IMG/VR virus record: IMGVR_UViG_3300027973_000048
Coordinates: 1-64,000 of that record
DNA length: 64,000 nucleotides
Strand: one strand, 5' to 3'
From: a virus
Under the pieces are notes generated by a model that saw only the letters and a list, made by a program, of their open reading frames with translations, was not told the DNA's origin and did not search any database. Below, one piece after another: positions 57,597 to 64,000 of this stretch (positions are counted from its first letter, which is position 1; the number at the start of each line of letters is the position of its first letter). The translations under genes and the position numbers were made by a program.

Positions 57597-57604
57597 TATT
57601 TATA
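57597..57604 (-). promoter_or_regulatory. T4 late consensus TATAAATA, 6 nt before ATG
   Basis: TATAAATA-aactat-ATG. Confidence 0.78.
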
Positions 57605-57637
57605 GTATTTGATAAAGTGCTATTATAACTAGCCAAT

Positions 57638-57662
57638 AAAAAAGGGTCCGAAGACCCTTTTT
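57638..57662 (-). terminator. Intrinsic terminator after tail tube (C-UUCG-G loop)
   Basis: Minus strand AAAAAGGGTC-TTCG-GACCCTTTTTT; symmetric A/T tracts. Confidence 0.88.
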
Positions 57663-57676
57663 AAAATAAAGATCTA

Positions 57677-58300
57677 TTAACCGCCACCTGTGGCCATTGT
57701 TCTTAAAGTTCTTCCAACGTTTGCACCAACTCCAGAACCTTGTGGAGTTTGAATACAGTTGTCTGGCTGAATTGACAAGTCAATTGTTGACGGCGTTGCT
57801 TCAGAATAACTTAAATTTTGATAGTTTGCACTTACAATATAGCAACCATAACATTCCCAAGTTTCTAAAATGTTAGCATTCCATATGCCGTTACCACCAT
57901 CTAGTACTTCAACTTTCATTGTGAATTTATAATCTGTACCGCTGGCTGCTGATGCTTGCTCGAAGAAGTCAAATTGCTTCTGCATCTGCTCACCAATCAT
58001 CTTACTTACAACACCAGTGGCATCATCACGTAAAGTAATAGTCATAGCCTGCCATGTTGGTTTTCCAGCATAGTTAATTTTACTGTTATAAGTTTCAATA
58101 ACTGTATTTGCAAACTGTACGTTTGGCTTGGCTGCTGTTTGTACTTGTTTGGTTAATTCACTAGTTGGTGTACTGACTCCAAAATTCTCAAATAAAATCC
58201 TAAAACGGTATTTGAGTTTTGGCATCAATGTGCCTTGACTGCTAGCACTACTATCTGTAGCTAGTGGTACTGTAAATCTATTTAATGTTGCAATTGACAT
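57677..58300 (-). CDS. Tail tube protein (gp19-like)
   Basis: PKLKYRFR, YAGKPTW, LRDD, WECYGC; follows sheath; ATAAATA at 58323-58329. Confidence 0.88.
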   Translation of the reverse strand: MSIATLNRFTVPLATDSSASSQGTLMPKLKYRFRILFENFGVSTPTSELTKQVQTAAKPNVQFANTVIETYNSKINYAGKPTWQAMTITLRDDATGVVSKMIGEQMQKQFDFFEQASAASGTDYKFTMKVEVLDGGNGIWNANILETWECYGCYIVSANYQNLSYSEATPSTIDLSIQPDNCIQTPQGSGVGANVGRTLRTMATGGG

Positions 58301-58328
58301 AATTTATAAGCTCCGTTATAGTTATTTA

Positions 58329-61300
58329 TTATTTTAGACCACCAGTACTCTTTATGCGTAATGGTATGTAGATAAATTCAACAGCCTTAACTGGTACTAT
58401 GGCCACATCAACATACAACTCATTCTTATCAATTCTGCTTGGTGTATTATTAGTATCATCACAAACTACAAGATAATCATATAACGCTCTTTGACCAACT
58501 AATTCAAGCAAGAAACTTTCAATACTGTTACTAATTTCATCTCTTGTAAGTTTATCATTTGGCTCAAATACATATGGCTTAGCAATAATGTCTAACTGTC
58601 TACGCATATAAACAATCAATCTTGCTACGTTGATACGATCCAATGCACTAGCGTTCTTAGCACGAGTCTTCTGACCATAGTTAACTAACCCAACACCTGT
58701 GAAGAATGTAATTGGATTGATCTTTGCATCATATAATGTATCTCTTTGACCATTATTCAATGCAATAACTTTAAATTCGCCTTCATCGTCAACATAGCCC
58801 ACACTTGTAGCATTTGTAATGCCGCCACGTCTTGTCCCAGCTGGAGCAAACCATGGATAGCTAACATTGTCACTTAATGCAATAGTTCTTAAAATCATGT
58901 GACTTGGCGGCACAACAATGTTGTTACCAATATTATCGCTGGTGAATCCCCATGGATAGAATAGAGCCAAGTATTCATCATAACTTGGTGCGCCAATATC
59001 ATTGTCTTCTACTGCTAGACGTAGGTTAGTACCCCATGTCATTAAGCTAGTAGCATCTGGTAATAATCTTGGTGGTGTATCACCTACAACAAATGCAGTT
59101 AGCGCACGATCATAATTCAATGTGATCATCTCGCCAATTAACTCTGGATATCCAGGGCAAGCAATTAAGTTGAACACTCTTGCTTCCTCACGAATATCTG
59201 TTGAACTGTTAATTGTTGCTTGTAATGCTTGAACTATAACTTTACGTTGTGCTTTACGACCAAATGATCCACTGCCATCATCTTGATTAGCACTTACTGT
59301 AATCCAGCGATGTGGATAATAATCAGCCATTGATTCATCGCCATATCTTATATTGTCATCATCAATATTAATATAGTTACGCACAAATTTCTTAACGTTG
59401 AAACCGCTTCTACGTAGATTCCATAACAACATGCCTTTTGGATATAATGCAGGATCTGGAGCATCAACGTCAACATAATCACTGACTAATAAATCAGCAA
59501 TGTCGCCTGGTGCATCGCTGTTCATTCCAGTAGTATTATAACGTACATCGTCAAATAGTACACCATCTTGTGTGCTCTGATCTGTGACATCCTGCTCGAC
59601 CCATTTCTTAGCAATAGGTCCTGACTTTGCTTCGTCAAATTTATAAATTCTAGGGAAGTTTTCTAAATCACTAGTATCAATCCATACGTCGCCATTACGT
59701 AAAGATGTTCCATCACTTTGTAATAAAGGAGCAGTTGCACTAACTAATGGACCCATTGGATCTGTTTGTTTATCAACTGTTGAATTGTAATAAGGACTGG
59801 TTGAATGTAAATACCCAACCCATTTACTTCCATTGTGAACTAAGATATCCACTTCATCAATAACGCTGCTATACCATAATGTACCATCTGCTGTCAATGT
59901 TGAAGGACTATCTTTACCAGCGCTAAGTCTTAATGGCTCCCATAAGCTTACTATATAACTAGTATCATCAACAGATGTATATGCTTCACGAACATTACTG
60001 TTGTCTAGGAACCCTAATGCACTTAATAAGCCATTGTATTCCTCACCAATTCTAAAATCACCGCCATATTTATGGCTAATAGTAATTCTTCTTTGTGCAT
60101 CAACAGTAGCTTGAATATTTACAAGACCAGCAGCATTGATAGTACCAGCAATGATGTCTGCATCACCTGCATCACCATTCAATTCAAATTCCACATATAC
60201 TGTATCAGATAAATCACCTGAACCAACTAAACCTTCTTTAAACGCAATGCCTTGACCGCCTTCAAACTCTGCCCAACCAGCAACAATTTTCTTACTGATA
60301 ATACTGTTTGGTCCTTGCATTGACTTTCTAAACAATCTAAAATCAGCAGCATTTGGACCAAAATCACTACTAGTTTCAGTGGTATTTGTTTGACAATAAA
60401 CTGTACCAGCAGCAATATTTACTCCGCCGCCACTTCTATCTAAACCAAAAATTGCAGCATGGCCAGTAGCGTATAAAGGTGCTATAATTTTATCAAAAGC
60501 TTCTGTTACTACATTGTATTTCTTTAGTGCTAATTTTGCACCGCCTTTAGGCTCAGTAGTTCTAATCCAAAGACTGCCTGTTCTTGCTCCTTCATTAGTG
60601 CCTGGTGTTTGACCACTTACAAACACTGGAGCAAATTCTGGAGCATTGGTTAATGGCTGAATGGCCAAAGTTGGTGGAGAGTAAATTCCCGGTGTTAATC
60701 CTAAAACACTACATGCACTACCACTAATTGAAAATGGTTGACGCCCTACTGCATATAAAACTATTACATTATTCTGTACTACTGCAAGAACTCCATTATC
60801 ATAAAAATTTAGATTGATCTTTGTGGCCACTTCTTGTAAAGAAATAGTACCTGGATTATCAGCTTCTCTGAAAGTAATAGCTGGTTGCCCATTTACTGCA
60901 AATGTTGTTCCAGCACCTGCACCAAGTGGAACTGCACTGGTTAATGTTGAAACTGCTGCTGGCCAACTCATTGACCAATCCTCACTGCCCACTGCAACCC
61001 ATGTGCCTGCGTCAAGACCTGCATCATATCCTACTGCTTCATTTCTCCCTGGACTCTTATAATATAGTACATCAGGCTGATCATAATCAGTATTCAAATC
61101 CATTAAACTTACAATGGCATAATCACCAATTACACCAACTGAAGTTTTTGGAGTATAATCACCATCTGCATAATCAACAACTTTGGCAGTGTCTGTAATA
61201 ACTATAGGAGTTTTTGCTGCAAACTTTTGGCCAAGTTTATTGGATCTAGGAGCATTATTCCACTCAAAAATACCCCAACTTGAATTGGCAGTATCTAACC

Positions 61301-61709
61301 AATATGTACCACTTTCTGGTTCAGCAGTTGGAGCTTCTGATCTAGCATTTAAGGCCTTAAGGTCAATGTCTGCTCTTACTACATATGCTCTGTTACTGAC
61401 ACCTAATAAGCTATATGCTGCTTGTAAACCATATTCATTTTGTTCACCTGCATGAATTGGATTGCTATTAGCATCAGTCTTGAAAATTGGTGTTCCAAAT
61501 GTTTCTGCTAGATCACGCTGACTTGTAATTAAGTATGCTTTACCTGCATTAGACTTTAATGTGCCTGTGGCAATACCAGTATTAGCGGCATTTTTCTTGT
61601 TTTCTTCGGAAGCTACAAGGATAAATGGTACTGTGCTTGGTGCTGCTGGAGCATAAAAACTTTCGTCAATAACTGTTACGGCGACGCCTGGTGAATTTAA
61701 TTGGGCCAT
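58329..61709 (-). CDS. Tail sheath protein (gp18-like) with large insertion
   Basis: SPGV N-terminus; PWFAPAGTRRG, INPI, LDRINVARL, FEPND, EFIYI C-terminus. Confidence 0.93.
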   Translation of the reverse strand: MAQLNSPGVAVTVIDESFYAPAAPSTVPFILVASEENKKNAANTGIATGTLKSNAGKAYLITSQRDLAETFGTPIFKTDANSNPIHAGEQNEYGLQAAYSLLGVSNRAYVVRADIDLKALNARSEAPTAEPESGTYWLDTANSSWGIFEWNNAPRSNKLGQKFAAKTPIVITDTAKVVDYADGDYTPKTSVGVIGDYAIVSLMDLNTDYDQPDVLYYKSPGRNEAVGYDAGLDAGTWVAVGSEDWSMSWPAAVSTLTSAVPLGAGAGTTFAVNGQPAITFREADNPGTISLQEVATKINLNFYDNGVLAVVQNNVIVLYAVGRQPFSISGSACSVLGLTPGIYSPPTLAIQPLTNAPEFAPVFVSGQTPGTNEGARTGSLWIRTTEPKGGAKLALKKYNVVTEAFDKIIAPLYATGHAAIFGLDRSGGGVNIAAGTVYCQTNTTETSSDFGPNAADFRLFRKSMQGPNSIISKKIVAGWAEFEGGQGIAFKEGLVGSGDLSDTVYVEFELNGDAGDADIIAGTINAAGLVNIQATVDAQRRITISHKYGGDFRIGEEYNGLLSALGFLDNSNVREAYTSVDDTSYIVSLWEPLRLSAGKDSPSTLTADGTLWYSSVIDEVDILVHNGSKWVGYLHSTSPYYNSTVDKQTDPMGPLVSATAPLLQSDGTSLRNGDVWIDTSDLENFPRIYKFDEAKSGPIAKKWVEQDVTDQSTQDGVLFDDVRYNTTGMNSDAPGDIADLLVSDYVDVDAPDPALYPKGMLLWNLRRSGFNVKKFVRNYINIDDDNIRYGDESMADYYPHRWITVSANQDDGSGSFGRKAQRKVIVQALQATINSSTDIREEARVFNLIACPGYPELIGEMITLNYDRALTAFVVGDTPPRLLPDATSLMTWGTNLRLAVEDNDIGAPSYDEYLALFYPWGFTSDNIGNNIVVPPSHMILRTIALSDNVSYPWFAPAGTRRGGITNATSVGYVDDEGEFKVIALNNGQRDTLYDAKINPITFFTGVGLVNYGQKTRAKNASALDRINVARLIVYMRRQLDIIAKPYVFEPNDKLTRDEISNSIESFLLELVGQRALYDYLVVCDDTNNTPSRIDKNELYVDVAIVPVKAVEFIYIPLRIKSTGGLK

Positions 61710-61739
61710 TGTTCGATTTCTCCTAAATCTTACTCATTG

Positions 61740-61747
61740 TATTTATA
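61740..61747 (-). promoter_or_regulatory. T4 late consensus TATAAATA upstream of sheath
   Basis: Followed by AGGAG SD. Confidence 0.78.
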
Positions 61748-61803
61748 GTAAATGGAGAAAATCTTTGAGTTTGACTCTAAACTAGAGGATAAAAATCACC
61801 ATT

Positions 61804-62415
61804 TTAAATCAAAATTTCAACTCGACGATACAAGTTTTCCACACTGTCATTATTGTCTATGACAAGATCAAACTCAGTACCAACCCAACTCCACTCACTG
61901 GCATGAATTGCCAAGTCTTCTAACTGCTTTTTCTGCTCTAAATCACCTTTGTTAGCTGCCAATGCCAAAGAATACCAACTAGGCAACATGCCTCTTTGTA
62001 CCCAAACTATAGTGCCGCCTGCATTTTTAATGGCTGCTATTTCATTTGGAAATCTACAGTCACTGACTACCACATTATCTTTGGTATTTTTTAATTTATT
62101 TTCTAAACTGGCAATCCAAATATCATCATTAAACCCATTGCGACAAACCTCAGTGCCCCAATATTGTAATACCCATCTTGGAGTAAGATTAGGCATGCTC
62201 AATCGACTAGACCACCATGGATCTACCTGATCACGCCACTCTCTGCTTTGTTTTGTTCTGCCTTCTAGCATATCCCTATCCCAACCAAATACGGCTGAAA
62301 CAGCGTCTTTTAATGAACTGGCAAAACTTTCACGCCTAAATTCATGAAAATTTACCAAGTAGTCTGCTATAGTATCCTTGCCGCTGCCAATAAATCCACA
62401 AATACCAATTATCAC
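61804..62415 (-). CDS. Deoxynucleoside monophosphate kinase (gp1-like)
   Basis: GFIGSGKDT, SFA..LK, TPRWVLQYWGTE, DCRFPNE, HASE; GTG start after AAGGAG. Confidence 0.9.
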   Translation of the reverse strand: MIIGICGFIGSGKDTIADYLVNFHEFRRESFASSLKDAVSAVFGWDRDMLEGRTKQSREWRDQVDPWWSSRLSMPNLTPRWVLQYWGTEVCRNGFNDDIWIASLENKLKNTKDNVVVSDCRFPNEIAAIKNAGGTIVWVQRGMLPSWYSLALAANKGDLEQKKQLEDLAIHASEWSWVGTEFDLVIDNNDSVENLYRRVEILI

Positions 62416-62469
62416 AAGCAACTCCTTTTTGTAATAATAAAGTAATTTATAATCTAAGTCAAATATTAA

Positions 62470-63243
62470 TTAGCCAATGACGAAATAATAGCCTTCTCTT
62501 GCACCGCCAACAAACATGTCAAGATCCTTTTCCAACTTCTCAACTTCCTCTTTGCCAGCTGATTTTAAGTCAGTTCCATTCAATCCACCTGCTCCACCTG
62601 GGCCTGCAATTTGACCAAATTTACTACGTGCTTCACCTAAAATTACCTTGCATGTGGCTAATGTATAGTCTTTGAACCATTGAGCAGCATAGGTGTCTTT
62701 GAGCAAATGATCATCAGGTCTATAGTTATATCCTCTGATTAAAATTTGCTCACCCTCGCCATATGGACGTTGTAATATTCTCAATGTATGAGTGGTTGGC
62801 ATCCACTGAAATTCAATAAAAGCACCAAACATACGCCCCACTAATTTTTGATATCCTGCAAACATTTCATATGTGGCTATACCGCCCAACATGGTGCTGT
62901 TTAACAAATATGTGTTTGTATAAGCCAAATTAAATGGTTCAAAATTGGTGCCACCACTACCGCCTGCTGTTCTAGATCCAATGGTTCTACGGTAAACACT
63001 ACGCACTTCAACTATTTCTTTTGGAAGAATATAATCATTAGTATCCATTTTAAATTCTAAAAAGTAATATCCTTCTTCTACGCTGTTGCTACTGCGTTGT
63101 CTAAACTTGGCAAGAGCTTTATTCAAAGCTGTTTCATAATGAATTGGGTCCAATTCCACATCTACCATGCCATCGCCCAACATGGCTTTACAGTATCTGT
63201 AAACGTTTTCCCTTTCTTGAACGATAGTAGTATCTGGTGCCAT
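62470..63243 (-). CDS. Neck protein (gp13-like)
   Basis: LGDGMVDVEL, KDYTLA, GEARSKF...PGG..LNG. Confidence 0.85.
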   Translation of the reverse strand: MAPDTTIVQERENVYRYCKAMLGDGMVDVELDPIHYETALNKALAKFRQRSSNSVEEGYYFLEFKMDTNDYILPKEIVEVRSVYRRTIGSRTAGGSGGTNFEPFNLAYTNTYLLNSTMLGGIATYEMFAGYQKLVGRMFGAFIEFQWMPTTHTLRILQRPYGEGEQILIRGYNYRPDDHLLKDTYAAQWFKDYTLATCKVILGEARSKFGQIAGPGGAGGLNGTDLKSAGKEEVEKLEKDLDMFVGGAREGYYFVIG

Positions 63244-63258
63244 ATTAGTTCTCCCCGT

Positions 63259-63280
63259 ATATTTATCAGCTGATAAATAT
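63259..63280. promoter_or_regulatory. Perfect 22-bp palindrome carrying back-to-back late elements
   Basis: ATATTTATCAGCTGATAAATAT between divergent neck genes. Confidence 0.8.
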
Positions 63281-63283
63281 CAT

Positions 63284-64000
63284 ATGCCTAGACTCAGCCT
63301 TTACCGTCCAGAACGAGGAAACGATTATAAATTCATAGATCGTCAGATCAGTGAAATGTTCGCCATTGGCGGTACAGATTTCTACCTACACAAATATATG
63401 GGAGTAAAAAGTTCAGCAGCAAACGCTAGTGCTGCTACGCCTTTTTATACCAAAGACGGTGTTACACCAGATTATAATCCTACTCAAATACAAGATTTAC
63501 TGTTATTAGAAAATAGAGATAGAAAGTATGATCCTAGTATCTATAAGATTAGAGGACATTATAATGTACAAAACTTAGACTTTAATCTCAGCCAATTTGG
63601 CTTGTTTATTGACAACGACACCGTGTTTGCCACTGTGCATATTAACGATTGGATACAGACCATAGGTCGCAAGCCAATTAGTGGCGATGTAGTTGAAATG
63701 CCGCACTTAAAAGATGAGTTTGCCCTAAACGATTATAACATTGCCCTACCAAGATATTTTGTTATTGAAGACGTTAGTAGAGCCAGTGAAGGGTATAGTA
63801 TAACTTGGTGGCCACACTTATATAGATTAAAACTTAAGAAAATTACAGACTCACAACAGTTTGCTGACATACTGGATCAACCTATTGCCGATGCCAACGG
63901 TGATCCTACAAATCAAACTCTACGTGAAGTGTTAAGCACCAAAGGCAAAGAATTAGAAATTAATGATGCCATCATAACACAGGCTGAAGCAGATACTCCA
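63284..64000 (+). CDS. Neck/head-closure protein (gp14-like), runs off the window
   Basis: MPRLSLY...IQDLLLLENRDRKYD...LSQFGLF...GRKPISGDVVEMPH. Confidence 0.75.
   Translation, partial: MPRLSLYRPERGNDYKFIDRQISEMFAIGGTDFYLHKYMGVKSSAANASAATPFYTKDGVTPDYNPTQIQDLLLLENRDRKYDPSIYKIRGHYNVQNLDFNLSQFGLFIDNDTVFATVHINDWIQTIGRKPISGDVVEMPHLKDEFALNDYNIALPRYFVIEDVSRASEGYSITWWPHLYRLKLKKITDSQQFADILDQPIADANGDPTNQTLREVLSTKGKELEINDAIITQAEADTP

Noticed and set aside
2534-62230. Numerous 60-160 aa ORFs antisense to or nested in longer genes (e.g. 2534..3019, 15110..15586, 18527..18928, 39115..39549)
   Set aside because: Shadow ORFs of well-supported genes, without SD, promoter or recognisable motifs.
1-64000. tRNA, rRNA or tmRNA genes
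   Set aside because: Intergenic gaps are almost all under about 130 nt and are explained by promoters or terminators; no T-arm/cloverleaf pattern recognised by eye. A tRNAscan/Infernal run would be needed to exclude them formally.
1-64000. Stop-codon reassignment, as in some large phages
   Set aside because: Conserved genes (polB, terL, sheath, clpA) are full length in the standard code and TAA, TGA and TAG all end genes.

Overview
This window is 64 kb of a large, AT-rich, T4-like contractile-tailed (probably jumbo) phage of a Gram-negative host. It uses the standard genetic code and is gene-dense. In order: (i) lysis cassette (spanin end, GH19 endolysin, DUF4337-like protein, holin, small exported peptide); (ii) proteostasis operon (J-domain protein, peptide deformylase, ClpA); (iii) a ~13 kb late block of probable capsid-packaged proteins sharing N-terminal M-x-[IL]-x-E-L-[LF]-type leaders and repeated [LIVMF]-x-E sites, including two double-enzyme proteins (Pol-beta-like NTase + KxDG ligase-like; HxGH NTase + kinase-like); (iv) DNA polymerase B and sliding clamp, followed directly by a 7-deazaguanine DNA-modification cluster (TGT/DpdA-like, QueD-paralog of DpdL type, FolE, QueE) interleaved with two oxidoreductases, a GT-B glycosyltransferase, three SAM methyltransferases, cupin, HIT, MazG-like, a CDGSH-like microprotein and a MutH/Sau3AI-like nuclease; (v) RNase H, MoxR/VWA pair, ThyX; (vi) on the minus strand a second glycosyltransferase cluster, UvsY, UvsX, gp32, terminase, gp4, tail tube, tail sheath, dNMP kinase and gp13, then gp14 on the plus strand. 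Near-consensus sigma70 promoters and T4-late-like (A)TAAATA elements are clear, several nested in one another, and several late genes look leaderless. The two best candidates for an undescribed system are a clamp-coupled deazaguanine modification or hypermodification locus with its own nuclease, and a protease-processed capsid cargo of nucleotide-handling enzymes. All family calls come from motif recognition by eye; no database searches were run.
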